This document shows positions 1 through 14,039 of a stretch of DNA of 38,284 nucleotides, piece by piece. Every line of letters begins with the position of its first letter. Positions within the stretch are counted from its first letter, which is position 1. This DNA comes from Octopus sinensis (Eukaryota), in NCBI RefSeq assembly GCF_006345805.1, contig NW_021832075.1, positions 1 to 38,284 on the forward strand, written 5' to 3'. The position numbers and the translations under genes were made by a program. The notes under the pieces were generated by a model. That model saw only the letters and a list, made by a program, of their open reading frames with translations, made no database searches and was not told the origin of the DNA.

Positions 1-930
1 TCTTTAAACTCAATCGTTTTAATCTCCATCTAATATTCAAGTAATTTGGGGAAATGAGATAAAATCCCATAATCTGCATCATCTACAAACAAGCATAGTT
101 TTTTCTCAAATAAGACAATTTCCTACAAGATAAATAATGCAATATTTCCAGTTCCTTGTAGTTTTAAATTTAATTAATTAAGTTTTTAGCATAGATCGGT
201 CATAAAATATAGCTTCTGTAACCATAATTTTCGGTCAATTCTTGATATTCAATTCCTTTGCACCAAGAAAATATCGAATCTCTTCAATAAAGGATGTGAA
301 CGAATTAAGAATATCCCACCTGGAAAGCCATCTTACTTTATTGTACTGAAGAAGATCAATATTTTCTGAATTAGTTTTAATTAACAAATCTTTACTCTAT
401 GGTTAAGTCCCTTTTATTTTGTTAATAAAAGCTTCGGCTATGTTTTCACCACTGGTGTAGCCTTTAAGATGTAAGAATGACATAAATTCTTCTCTGAAAA
501 AACGCTTATTAATATATTATTAAAACAATTTACCATATCTTTTTTGTTTTCAAATTCTGGGAAGATTTCGTCAGCTGCTTTAATAAAACACGTTTTTATA
601 TACTTTCCGTCAAAAGGTTTCCCCCTTTTAGCGATTTTGTAACTGATAATAAAGCTGGCAATAGTAGAAGTCTTTAATAACTGTCTTAAATTTTTAAACG
701 TTGACGTGAAACATCCAACATTTCTTTTAAGTTCATCAACAGCTTTTTTCGAATATCACTAGAAGAATAATTTTTTTAAAATTCACCATGTTTGAAATTA
801 AAATGTCTTTCCAAGTTAGAAAATCTCTTGACATATGAGACACGTAGGTAAGTTTTTAGAATTTATGACAAATGCAAACACTTTAGTCCAATTGAATTGA
901 AAAAAGAGTTTTCTGCTTCATTTTTTCATT
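1..930 (-). mobile_element. Degenerate hAT (Charlie/SPIN, GTF2IRD2-like) transposase remnant, copy 1, running off the window start
   Basis: Manual minus-strand translation gives CLICQE, TIASFIISYKIAKRGKPFDGKYIKTCFIKAADEIFP and LLQYNKVRWLSR, which are typical motifs of this family. Stops and frameshifts present; boundaries approximate. Confidence 0.75.
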
Positions 931-1270
931 ATTAGAAATCATAAAAATGAAAACGTGTGAAATCAATTGTAAAAATTTATAAGATTTAATTTTAAAATGA
1001 TTATTTAAATATATGTAAATAAGTTTAAAAAAGCCACATAAATATAAGATAGAAAAAGATCCGCTTTTAAAATTATTTTATTGTACCAAATGAAAAAAAA
1101 TGTTTAATGTGAATATTTCCCTATAAGAAAAAAAACCACTGGTACTCTCTTATTATCCAAAAATAATTATTTTAGTGAAACATTTGAAATCATTATTTAA
1201 TTTTATTAAAATCAATTAAATTTAATTTTAGTTCTTTAACATTAGCGGGTATATAACATCGAGTCTCGTG

Positions 1271-3908
<2,638 letters not shown>

Positions 3909-3974
3909 TTGTTTTTTAATTATTTCTTAATAAGTGCCAATCATTATCTTAAACAGTTATCATTTAGTTTTATT

Positions 3975-4380
3975 ATTTGCGACGTTACAAACGGACAAAT
4001 ATCGTTCTTAGAAACCTCCCCGAACGGAAATTGTGCGAAGATTACTCTTCAGCCTGTGGTTGGTGGGAGGCTCGGTTTGGTTCGAAGCTGCCCAATTCTC
4101 AATCTGTACAGCGTCAATGGGACGAATCTCTTGTGAGACAATTTTCGAAGCCCTCCTTCCTGTCTCCAATCAATAATTTTCGTTGTTTTCGTGCAGGTCA
4201 CTGTGAAGGCAGCGGTGTCTGATCAAAGGCTCTCCCTTTCCCTTCCATCGGGAACCTGGTGGACAAGGAATGCCTAAGAATCGCAATCTCCCTCCGTGTC
4301 AGGCTGAAAAACTGCCAGACACACACAAATGTCGCTGTGGGGAACTGTTGACGAATACGCCGGTGTCTCGTGAGGCCATA
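3975..4380 (+). mobile_element. CRE-like non-LTR retrotransposon fragment (region just before the restriction-like endonuclease)
   Basis: Translates to SVQRQWDESLV...ALPFPSIGNLVDKECLRIAISLR...QTH, matching the region preceding the CCHC/RLE of CRE-type elements. Degenerate. Confidence 0.6.
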
Positions 4381-4508
4381 ATTAGCTTAGCTCTATTTAC
4401 TTTTATAAAATTAAAAGAGATGAAACAAATTAAAAATTAGAGAAGCTGAATATTGACAATGACAAGCCGATTTGCCTGTGCTGATTTTTCGTTGTTTGTT
4501 GCATAACC

Positions 4509-4849
4509 CCGATCCTACTTTAAGTTATGAGACTAGCATCTTGCAGAAACAAAAGCGCCCTCCCAGATTGCTCCCATAGGACCTTCGGGGCGTGAATGGC
4601 AAATTTTTTACGGAACGATAGAAGACCATGACAGCGGAATAGATTGGCGGTTGTATGCTCATCAGCATGGAAAATGGGGTAAAAGGGGGAGATCGAGATG
4701 TCCATTTTGTGTGCATAGTGGTTTAATGAGGAGTGATGACCAGAACGGAAACGAGCCAAGTTTGTCTGAGCCGAACGGTCGAGAAGCAATTCAGACAGTG
4801 AACGTCAGGAGGAGGTTATTGTGTGTACAGAGTTAGGCGTCAGCTTAAG
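4509..4849 (-). mobile_element. 3' fragment of the Vingi/Ingi-like LINE family found at 21329
   Basis: Aligns by eye at roughly 95% to 21329-21684. Encodes LARFRSGHHSSLNHY...HADEHTTANLFRC. Confidence 0.85.
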
Positions 4850-7380
4850 GTTGTTCAGGTCATCCGCCGACTTTAGTCGCAGCCAAAATGTCAATAGGTG
4901 TCCATTCGCTTTTGGTCTTCAGGGAAATCCAGAATGGTTTTCGCAAAGAAGTGATCCATAGCGACATTTGCGGAAACCATGACATTTAAACGTAAAACGT
5001 GGTCCAAAAGACTCCATCTAGATGTTTAAATATCTACTGACAGGACACTCGATTTGCATTTTGTATAAAGGTTTTCATTAGCTATCTTGATGGGCTGTTT
5101 CATTTTGATTATTGATTTTAGCTGGGTTCTGTGAAAAGAATTAAGATTTTCCATTATGTGTTTCAAGATTTCCCATGTGCCAGAGTTACAACTGAAAACC
5201 GAGACGACAAAAGCTTTATATCCGGAGCCTAATATTTAATTCTATTTTTTCTTGTGATTCCATATAGGCCATAATTTTTTCAATGCATTTATAACAAGAA
5301 TTTTTATGCAAGTGACATCTTCAGAGTCTCTTAGAAGCGAGCCCACCTTCTTTTGTATTCTCCCTTATTCGTCGGATTTTCGATAATTGCAAGCTCCGTT
5401 TTGGCAGAGTTTATGGATAAAAACCATTTTGAAAATACATATGGAAGTTCGTTGAGAATGTACTGAAATGTTTAATATTTTCAGAAACAATGTCCAGGTC
5501 GTCCACATAAATCATCTCTTCACAAATGTTGCCAACCAGAGCTCTTAACTCTCTTAATCCTGTTTCGAGATATAAAACGAAGAGGATTGGGGATAGTGAA
5601 TTCTCATGTGGAACTTTACGTGAAGTCCGAAAAAGTCGGAGGCACATTTCAAATGTTGACAGAAAGATGTGTTCTGCAGAAGCAGATGTATTGTTTTAGC
5701 GTCACCAAGATAAAGAAAATTTTTTTAAACTTTCATAAGTTTTTCCCGTTTTTATCAAATCAAACCCACGGGACATTCCAAATATTGCGATAGATTTTTT
5801 GCATTTTTGGCATATGAATAATACAATCTGTGCCCATAAAGAAGTGGTCGTATATTGTAGGTTTATTAATCATTTTCAGTTTCCCAGTGTATTTAGAATA
5901 CAAAGTCCTCTATTTTTAATATTAAAAATACAGAAATCAAACTTCTTCATTTTTCAGGAAATTGGCAAAAGCACTTCTAGTTCATTGATATAATTGACGT
6001 GCCATCCGAGTCTAAAGTGTTTTAAAATTATGATTTTTTTCTTAGAAATTGCTTCTAATGTATTATTAAGCGAGTTGCCAATTTTTCTTTTAACAATTGC
6101 TTTTAAAACTTGCTTTTAAAATTAAAATCATTTTGACTGAATTTGTTTCCATCAATTAAAGAAGTTGGAGAATTAACACCTTCTTCTTAATTAAAAACTT
6201 GACTTTAGTGCTAATAGCAGAAAATTTGTTGTTAATTTTAATCAATTAATCAGCCCTCCCGCTGATGCAGTAATTTCAGGAGGCACTGAAGTTCCAATTT
6301 CTGCTATTTATGATAACGGCATATGTTCAAGTTTTTAATCTTCAGGAATTGTTGGAGGTAATTCGCAGAAATCCTGTTTATGTATGCTAGTGAAACTTTG
6401 TGACCTGATTCCTTCAGTGTTTTAGAAGATGTCCAAATTTGAGTTTTCTCATTCATCCGTAGCGGGAGTGGGAGTGCTTGAAACAAGTATTTTCGTATAG
6501 GGATGAGTGTGTCTGCCTCTAACGGGAGTGGGTCGTAAACATGTTGTTGAATATGGTCGCAATTTTATCCATGAGCTACTTTGGAACGTACTTAATCAGC
6601 TCTGCATTGATGTGGTTTATTTCAGCAGCCGACATTTTTCAAGTTTGCTAGCACCTCGGGCGACCTCCTCCACTGTGACGGCTGTGCCAGTAAAAGGAGG
6701 AATGTCTACGGTGGTTAACCTGAATTGATTTTCGAAATGATCAGCTATTAGTTCGGCTTGAACAGTGGGGTCGTGAATAATTTTTTCCGTGCTATTAATA
6801 ATTTTAGGTTTACTATGTTTTCTTTTAAGTAGTCGCATGGCCTGAAACATTTTTACACTGCCCTTGAGTTTTTTGATTTCTTTTACAAAAGCGTGCTGGC
6901 AGTTCAATTTCTTGATGCGTCGTTGTATTCTGGCACGTACATTGCCCATTTGTTTTTACGATCGTTCTTATTTTCAATTCTGAGTTTAAGATCCTATTGC
7001 TCAACGGTAAGTGCATAAAAATCTAGATGGCATATCTTTCCCGACTGGGTTTTATTTGTCTGCTTTCCAACCTGTTTATCAGCAGCTATATAGTTGCCTT
7101 TCAGCATTTTTCCATGTGTCATTTGGGGAGAGTCAGTTGCCACGAAGGAGTCGTAGTTATCTATATAATGTTGGTAACATGTTTTCTTTCCTCCTCTCAC
7201 CGATGCAAACCTCTCGTAGTCCAGATTTTTCCTCTTACCTACAAATCGCACACGAACAAGAGATTCAAATAGCACATCGTTGTGGACAGCTAGCAAACTC
7301 AAAACTCTTAATGCGTACGTGGAAAGCAGCTCTGGGTCTTTCTAGTTTCATGGAGATCAACATCGGCCTTCTTTCCTGTT
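4850..7380 (-). mobile_element. Degenerate RTE-like non-LTR retrotransposon, interrupted at about 5730-6310
   Basis: Endonuclease C-terminal remnant (SLVRVRF), linker KMFQAMRLL...QAELIADHFENQF, RT remnant NSLSPILFVLYLE...MIYVDDLD and C-terminal RWSLLDHVLRL. Many lesions. Confidence 0.7.
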
Positions 7381-7388
7381 GCCTAGAG

Positions 7389-7782
7389 CAGTAATTCTCA
7401 AACTTTTTTGCTTTGCGTACTCCTTATCGATTTTTAACAAATTAAGGAAAAAAATTATTTAATTAATGAGATGGATGGTGTTTATCAACCACTAATTTAT
7501 CTATTTCTGGATCCTTTGACAAAAGACACACCCGAATATCATGAACAACATTCAGCTTTGCACGATGAACTGATTTTAAACTAAACAAAGATGAAAATCA
7601 TTGTTCACAGAAATATTTAGTCGGAAACAAAAGAAAAAAATCGATTGTATAAAATCCAATGTTGTGATATTTTGATAACATTTAACACCAAAATTCAATT
7701 AATAGTGCCGAAAATTAAATAGATTTTCAAAAATTTTTCGCGTACCCCTATGGGTACACGTACCCCAGTTTGAGAACCACTG
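7389..7782. mobile_element. Non-autonomous hAT (Charlie-type) MITE, 394 bp
   Basis: TIRs CAGTAATTCTCAAAC / CAGTGGTTCTCAAAC (reverse complement). Perfect 8-bp TSD GCCTAGAG at 7381-7388 and 7783-7790. Confidence 0.92.
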
Positions 7783-7934
7783 GCCTAGAGCATCTCGAGA
7801 GAATCTAAGGATCCCCAGACATGTTATTTTAATAGCATCGTGAAACGCTTGTCTTAGTCCTCAGAACCGAAAGAAAGGAAAGGTCAAAAATAAACAAAAA
7901 AAATTATTTTTAACTTAAAGACATTAAGAAAAAA

Positions 7935-8105
7935 TACAATATCTTGATACAATATGTGGAAGAATGTTGAACAGCGATTACGACAAAGTTCGGAACATCA
8001 TTACGCTCATTGAAGTTGGACTTATTTCTCAATAATGTGGAAGTCGAGAAATTACATAAATACGATCTCTTGGCGAGCGAATTGAAGTTAAACCACAATG
8101 AAAAT
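7935..8105 (+). mobile_element. Short R2/R4-type RLE retroelement fragment
   Basis: ITLIEVG...VEVEKLHKYDLLASEL, homologous to IWLIEIG...VEVEKLHKYDILASEL at 27443-28084. Confidence 0.65.
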
Positions 8106-8169
8106 TACGAAAAAAGAATTCAGTCAAGTTTTGAAAGCTTCATGGACGCGATCGAGAAAAAATTAGAGC

Positions 8170-8525
8170 GTACTATCGCAAGGAATATCCGCTCGAAAAA
8201 CCATCTTGATTCGCGGGCGTCGCCTGTGATAGCAGACATGCGGGACCCGATCTCCTGAACGAAGCTGATTGCCTCACCGTCCAAGGAACCGGAAGTCTCA
8301 ACTGTGAATGAGAGGAATTGGAACTTTTTTTATAAGTGAGGAGTACTTCCGAATCTTTTTGCATTCCGCGGTTGTGGCAATAGATCCAGGGGCGGATGCG
8401 GACATCAGCAGGTTCTGAGGCGAGAAAGAGTCCACACACGTGTCATCCTAGGTAAGAGGCTTCCCCCTGTTGAAAGGAAACACAGTGATCTCATCAGGCC
8501 TTTTTCCGTCCCCCCGATCGATCCC
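8170..8525 (-). mobile_element. CRE-like retrotransposon 3' RLE fragment
   Basis: Manual minus-strand translation: FPFNRGKPLT*DDTCVDSFSPQNL...KKIRKYSSL...TVETSGSL...RWFFERIFLAIVR. Confidence 0.75.
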
Positions 8526-8589
8526 AGTGGGTTCAAGCAGGGAGGGGATTAATTAGTTAATGGCACTAAATGTATAATGGAGATTAATA

Positions 8590-9000
8590 TGATAACTAGA
8601 CAATGCAGTTATTTTGAACTGCCGGCGCATAAGATGGCCTGGCAGTTCCCTCGGACGATCGCCAACGAGACTCTTTGGAAAGATGACGAGTCTCGTTGGG
8701 ATCCTTGTTTCGTCTGGCAATCTTCGACCCCAGCCGACGAAGGAAAGAAAGCGATTCTGGGCCGATGACCCCGGATGTCTCCACGGCTACTGGCGCAAAA
8801 ATGTGGTTTCTGGCCAGGTACGAGTATTTTCTTGTTTTTGTGACCTCCGCATGTCTTGCCGCTGAGCCGGGCTCAGCAGCTGATGAAATCAGGTTATGCG
8901 GGGAGAATGTGTCGGAGCATGTCGCGTGCCAGATGAGGCATTTCCCGTGATTAGCTAATTTTTTTATAAAGTTGAAAACTCCCAAAAGGAAATGCGCCCA
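8590..9000 (-). mobile_element. CRE-like retrotransposon 3' RLE fragment
   Basis: GKCLIWHATCSDTFS...KTRKYSYL...FAPVAVETSGVIG, then AIVRGNCQAIL after a frameshift. Confidence 0.8.
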
Positions 9001-9293
9001 AACCGGAAGTACTGCAATACCGGGAGGACGCGTGATATGGAGAAAAGCAAGCTTCGCAACACATACCAAGGTACAAAAATAAGCATTATATCTTGCCCCG
9101 TGTAAGGGCGTCCCAGATATAAAGCTGGAAAGAACAGATACTACACTTTGATCTTAGCCAAAGGCCGAGAAGCGACATATGTGAACGAACGAACAGATTT
9201 TATTGACTTAGCAACCGAAAGAGAAGAGTTATATGAAAAGGTTTTATTAAATCGAGACACCGAAAGCCTCCTCCTTGCTTTCCTTTTCACTTC

Positions 9294-11873
9294 TCATGCC
9301 CTTTGCAATGAGCAGAGGACTTGCCGAATGTTTTGAGTTTGTTCATCTAGCTCTCTGGGGAGATCCTGATCAAGCCGTAGCTTATACGCCAGTTTAATCG
9401 CAAAGCGCCTTGTTTTCTCCAGTTTGGTGATTATGCGATTTCTCTCGTCTGTAGGGTACCAACCTTCATGTCCATAGATAAGGACTGGTTCTACAGTCGC
9501 CTTATAGATGAAGAGAAAGGTGTCTGGGGAGAGATGGAAGCGTATAAGGCTTCTCAGGATCCCGGAACATTTCCTTCTTCTAGATTCCACGAACTTAAGG
9601 AACGATCCGTCAGCCCCGATCGTTACCCCAAGGTAGCGTAGGTCGTCAGAGATTCTTAGTCCCATTGTCTCCAGAAGTGGTTCTCTTCCTTTCCGAGTTT
9701 TAGAAACCCACGTGATGGTGGACTTGTCTCGTGCTAAGGAGAGGGCTTTCTCCGTAGCCCAAGACTCAACCCTCGCTATATATTCCCTCAGCCTTTTCCA
9801 AGAGAGGTCCTTGGATCGCGACAGATCCGTAACCAATATGTCGTCCGCATAGATGATTAGTAGACTCTCCGGATTTACTGGTTTCGGGATGTCGGCAACG
9901 TATAAGTTGAAAAGTAGAGGGCTCAGGACCGACCCTTGAGGCACTCCCCTCCTTAGATTGATTGTATCCGAGGTCCGGTTACCACATCTGATAAAAGACT
10001 TTCGCATGTGTAAGAAATTCTCTAGCCATTTGACAGTCCTTTGCCCCGGAAGGATACTGATGATCCTTTCCAGGAGGCCTAGGTGCCAAACGCTGTCGAA
10101 CGCCTTTGAAATGTCCAGACAAACAGCTGTCATCCCCATCTTGTGTGTAAGGGCCCTCGAGATTTGCGTTTCCAGTTGGGCAAAGCAGTTTCCACAGGAC
10201 TTCCCACGTCGGAAACCCCATTGTTCTTTAGCCAGGTAACCTGACTCCTCCACGAGAATAGATAATCTGTTAAAGATTATACGTTCCATGATTCTTGATA
10301 TGGAGCAGATGAGACTTATGGGTCGGAAATTTTCTGCACGGTCTTTAGGTTTCCCTGCCTTTGGAATCATTCGTACCACGGTTTTTTTCCATGCATTCGG
10401 GACGTATCCAGTCTCCCAACTGGCATTGAAAAGTATCGTTATTATCTTGACTAGGCTTATCGGGGCCTCTTTGAAGACTCGGATGGGTATGTAATCAAAA
10501 CCCGGTGCGTTGTCCTTGCATCTTTTAATTGCTAGTAGGGTTTCATCCAGGGTGATTGCGTGACAAAGTCGACCAGGGGACATTTTCGCAGAGGCTATTG
10601 CCCTCTTTTTATCGTCCATTATATCTGTCGGGACAAAACAGCTCGGGTCGACATCTTGAATTTTCGCCAGTTGTTGACGTAAAGCGTCAGGTACATCGTC
10701 TCGGTTGATAGCATAGCCATTTTCTGTGGTTAAATTGATTTCATCTCCTTTGCATTCCGTTTCCTTTAGGCGATTATATGCCTTCCAGAAACTTGGGTGT
10801 CTTCGATTAAGCTTAGAACATTCCAATCTCCAAGCTGAGTCAATGTTTTCTTTAGACCTTTTGTCGATCCTCTTTTTAAGAGAGGAAATCATTGCTCGTA
10901 GGCGTGTACAGTCTGTTGGGTCAAAACATCTGCGTAGCCTCTTCTGGTATCTTGCCTTTTCTTTCAGGAGACTCACTACTGTGTCGTCAAGTTCATGAAT
11001 CCCTCCACCAGAGTGTTTAATGAACTTTTTCCTGGAGAACTTCTCCAAAGAAGTGTTGATAAGATTCCTAACGAGCTGGTCCAGACTTTCAATTTGTTTT
11101 GTCGTGTGAACTGCTGCCCGATGTATGAGTGACTCTAGCGAGGTTGTCAGGAATAGGGACACAAGGGGCCAATTCGTTTGATTGGTATTGTATCCAATAA
11201 ATACTTCATCTTGCAGAACTGAGCTTGCACGTAACACCATTGTTTGAGGAAGGTGATCGCTTCCAATATCAATTTCAATGCGTGGGCGGTCACAGAGGGG
11301 AGCTAAGCAGTCCGCCACGAGAAACACACCAAGTCGATCTTCTCCGTAACATGAGAAATGATTCGTTTCGTCAGAGGACCAGACCTCAAAACCGTGTCTC
11401 GCCGATAAGGTATGAAGTAACCGTCCGTCACTGTTTGTTGATACGCATCCATATAGCGAGTTCTTTGCGTTTAGGTCTCCGACTAGAATCGACTTTCCAT
11501 TTGCCTTGAAGAAACCTCCAACTAGGTCTGGGTAACTCTTGAGGTCCTTTGAGTACATCCCCCCAATAGTGATCCATCCCAGAGAAGTATGGAGCTCGAG
11601 AGACAGCATTTCGCATCGACTTTCTTCTATTCTCCTGTGGTTTCTTGTTTGAAGGTTTTCTTTATAGTAGATGCACGATCCGGTTCCCGCATTCGCGAAC
11701 GGTTTCCAGGCAATACTCAATGACTTGTATCCTTTGATGCTAAAGGATTGGCCTTCCTTCAGTTTCGATTCATTGATAACAAGTATATCCATGTCTACGG
11801 AGCCAATCATGTGGAGTAGCTCCGTAGCCCGTCTCCGAAGAGATCGGGCGTTGACGAGCGTTATAACGCTCAT
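9294..11873 (-). CDS. LINE ORF2: APE endonuclease plus reverse transcriptase, 859 aa, uninterrupted (Jockey/I-group-like)
   Basis: APE motifs NARSL, NESKL, GDLNAK, SDH. RT motifs FRPISL, QWGFR, LDISKAFDSV, GVPQGSVLSPLLF, YADD. No RNase H recognised. Confidence 0.93.
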   Translation of the reverse strand: MSVITLVNARSLRRRATELLHMIGSVDMDILVINESKLKEGQSFSIKGYKSLSIAWKPFANAGTGSCIYYKENLQTRNHRRIEESRCEMLSLELHTSLGWITIGGMYSKDLKSYPDLVGGFFKANGKSILVGDLNAKNSLYGCVSTNSDGRLLHTLSARHGFEVWSSDETNHFSCYGEDRLGVFLVADCLAPLCDRPRIEIDIGSDHLPQTMVLRASSVLQDEVFIGYNTNQTNWPLVSLFLTTSLESLIHRAAVHTTKQIESLDQLVRNLINTSLEKFSRKKFIKHSGGGIHELDDTVVSLLKEKARYQKRLRRCFDPTDCTRLRAMISSLKKRIDKRSKENIDSAWRLECSKLNRRHPSFWKAYNRLKETECKGDEINLTTENGYAINRDDVPDALRQQLAKIQDVDPSCFVPTDIMDDKKRAIASAKMSPGRLCHAITLDETLLAIKRCKDNAPGFDYIPIRVFKEAPISLVKIITILFNASWETGYVPNAWKKTVVRMIPKAGKPKDRAENFRPISLICSISRIMERIIFNRLSILVEESGYLAKEQWGFRRGKSCGNCFAQLETQISRALTHKMGMTAVCLDISKAFDSVWHLGLLERIISILPGQRTVKWLENFLHMRKSFIRCGNRTSDTINLRRGVPQGSVLSPLLFNLYVADIPKPVNPESLLIIYADDILVTDLSRSKDLSWKRLREYIARVESWATEKALSLARDKSTITWVSKTRKGREPLLETMGLRISDDLRYLGVTIGADGSFLKFVESRRRKCSGILRSLIRFHLSPDTFLFIYKATVEPVLIYGHEGWYPTDERNRIITKLEKTRRFAIKLAYKLRLDQDLPRELDEQTQNIRQVLCSLQRA

Positions 11874-13108
11874 ATCTTTCCGTCTGGATACTGGCGGCAG
11901 ACCTCTCCCTTTAAGAGCGCCACCAGGAGGAGTAAATCCTCTCTCTTCTTTTTTGTCAACGGCTTTTTATCCGTAATCATTAATTTGATGTCCGACTCCA
12001 GCTTCTCAGCGTATGACAGTCCCTCCATTTGCCACGGCATAATAGAAGGGTTCTGCTTCTCTGCTTCCCTTTTCGATGGGACTGTATCTCTTTTGGGTTT
12101 ACCGCTTACAGTCTGTAGTGGTTTTCCTTCTTGTTTAGGAATATCGGTAGCCAGTGCGTCTGGTTTTGAAGGCTCGACGACCACACTCAGTGCTTCTGAT
12201 TTCGGATGGGGTATTGATCCAACTCCAATAAATTGAGTTTCCTCGCGGAGGTTCTCAGTTTCTTCATCTGTTTGGGTTCCTACGTCGAAAGTGTCCTTCT
12301 TTTTGTCGACCGTCTTCCACTCTGACGGATGTGGTTTGCTTTTAGGACTGGGTTTTGTTGTCTCTTCTTTCATATGGCAACTGCTGCTGATATTGTCTTT
12401 GGAATAGACAATTTTTTGTGTCCTAGGCCGGGAGATCTCTTCCTTTGGTGATTTTTGGACTCGTTTGGACATACTTAGTATGACCTTTAAGGCTTCCTTC
12501 GCTTTAGGGCAACCTCGAAAGCTTGCCATATGCTCAGTCGATCCGCAATTAATACAGAATTTGGAGATTTGCCCTTGTCTTGAGCACGAAGCTCGATCAT
12601 GATCTTCTCCACAGAGTAAGCACCTTCTTTTTTCTTTGCAGTTTCGGGACAAGTGCCCATAATTCTGACAGGAATAGCACTGTGGTGCCGGTTTACGGAA
12701 CAGAGATGCTGCCTCACCTCGGTTCGGGATTACTACCTTCGCCATTGGCAATGGGCGACCATTTTTTGAGAAACATTCTACTTTGAATCCGGGCGACAGT
12801 ATAGACTGAAGATAGTCTTCGAGTTCTGGAGTGCCAACCCAATACGGTAGGTTCCTTAGGACGACCTCTGATGGGCCGAGGGATGCTTCCTTGATGGTGT
12901 GACCTTCTACTCCAAAGGGTTTTGTATCTCGGAAATCTTCAGTAAAACTTTTCGCCTCTTTCTCCGACGGAAAAGTGAGGACAAAGTCCCCGTTGCGGCG
13001 ACGATAAACTTTCGATTGTTTTACGCTTTCACGTGAACATAAAATATTTGCGATGATGATGGCCCCCAAAGACTGGTTGTTTATAGTTAAAATTAGAGTT
13101 TTTGACAT
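11870..13108 (-). CDS. LINE ORF1: gag-like nucleic-acid-binding protein with three zinc knuckles
   Basis: CYSCQNYGHLSRNC, CLLCGEDHDRASC and CINCGSTEHMASFRGC. Stop overlaps the ORF2 start (ATGA). Confidence 0.88.
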   Translation of the reverse strand: MSKTLILTINNQSLGAIIIANILCSRESVKQSKVYRRRNGDFVLTFPSEKEAKSFTEDFRDTKPFGVEGHTIKEASLGPSEVVLRNLPYWVGTPELEDYLQSILSPGFKVECFSKNGRPLPMAKVVIPNRGEAASLFRKPAPQCYSCQNYGHLSRNCKEKRRCLLCGEDHDRASCSRQGQISKFCINCGSTEHMASFRGCPKAKEALKVILSMSKRVQKSPKEEISRPRTQKIVYSKDNISSSCHMKEETTKPSPKSKPHPSEWKTVDKKKDTFDVGTQTDEETENLREETQFIGVGSIPHPKSEALSVVVEPSKPDALATDIPKQEGKPLQTVSGKPKRDTVPSKREAEKQNPSIMPWQMEGLSYAEKLESDIKLMITDKKPLTKKKREDLLLLVALLKGEVCRQYPDGKI

Positions 13109-14039
13109 GTATGTTCACCACAACAACAATAAGCACGGACAGAATTAATATGAATATCGGTAGCCAGTGCGTCTAATCGTGCTGTAATTGCTTGAAGCCG
13201 ATAATTATTCTAACAAATAAATACAGAGTTATTTGTATTTATGCATAGTAATAATCCTTATAATCTTAAATTCAATTCATATTAATAATATCTATTTTAC
13301 AAGACTATAAGAAAATTTATATTACTTTTATTTTTATATACAGCTACTTTTTTGATCATGATTGGTGAATTATAATGAAATGTCACTTGGTTAAGTTTTT
13401 TGACTTCTTATTTTGATGTCTTTATCGTATTCTCGATCTGTCCATTCTCTGCTTTTTTTCTCTATATTTTAAATTTCAAAGAAAACCAGTTAATATTATC
13501 ACCTTCTGTCATTATAGGATAGGCTTACATCTCACCTGTGGATCGGCTACTTAAACTATGGAGGGTAACAGATCGAATTTCACAAATCTAAATTAATATC
13601 AGATAATAAGACATCGATTATGATGTCATTAACATGTATTCCCACACAGTGAAAGATTATCAATTTTTACGGATGAGGTTGATGATTTTTATTTGATTTT
13701 ATTGGAAGTATGCGCCTAACTCAGCTTGTCCGTAATAATTTTTATTGCAAGGGACCCAAATTTAAAAGCAGGAATTAAACACAAAGGTGAACGCTGCATT
13801 AGTAATCACGGAAAGGAGTATCGAAATTCTTTCGTTAATATTATAATCGACATTTGTAATACCTACGTTTGTAATTTCTGTACAACACGGCTTTTCAGCA
13901 CGCCGCCCTACACAAGACCACCTTGGTAAGTTATATAACAAATGAACAAAGATAGGAACTAAAAATATATAAACAAATTAATTATATTTTGTACAAGCAG
14001 TCGCAGAGAGATTGTTAGTCGACTCCCGTACGTATAGAG

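Noticed and set aside
1134-1142. AACCACTG as the missing hAT TIR
   Set aside because: Too short, does not match the 17037 terminus, and has no matching TSD.
8010-8258. 82-aa ORF as a gene
   Set aside because: It is a chimera of an RLE fragment and the antisense of a CRE fragment.
9958-12786. Several plus-strand ORFs overlapping the LINE
   Set aside because: Antisense shadows of the long, GC-richer coding frames, with no recognisable motifs.
9073-13135. Possible TSD ACAAAAATAAGCA / ACAACAATAAGCA (12/13) around the LINE
   Set aside because: Low-complexity match, and the outer flanks do not rejoin into a recognisable sequence. Left unresolved.
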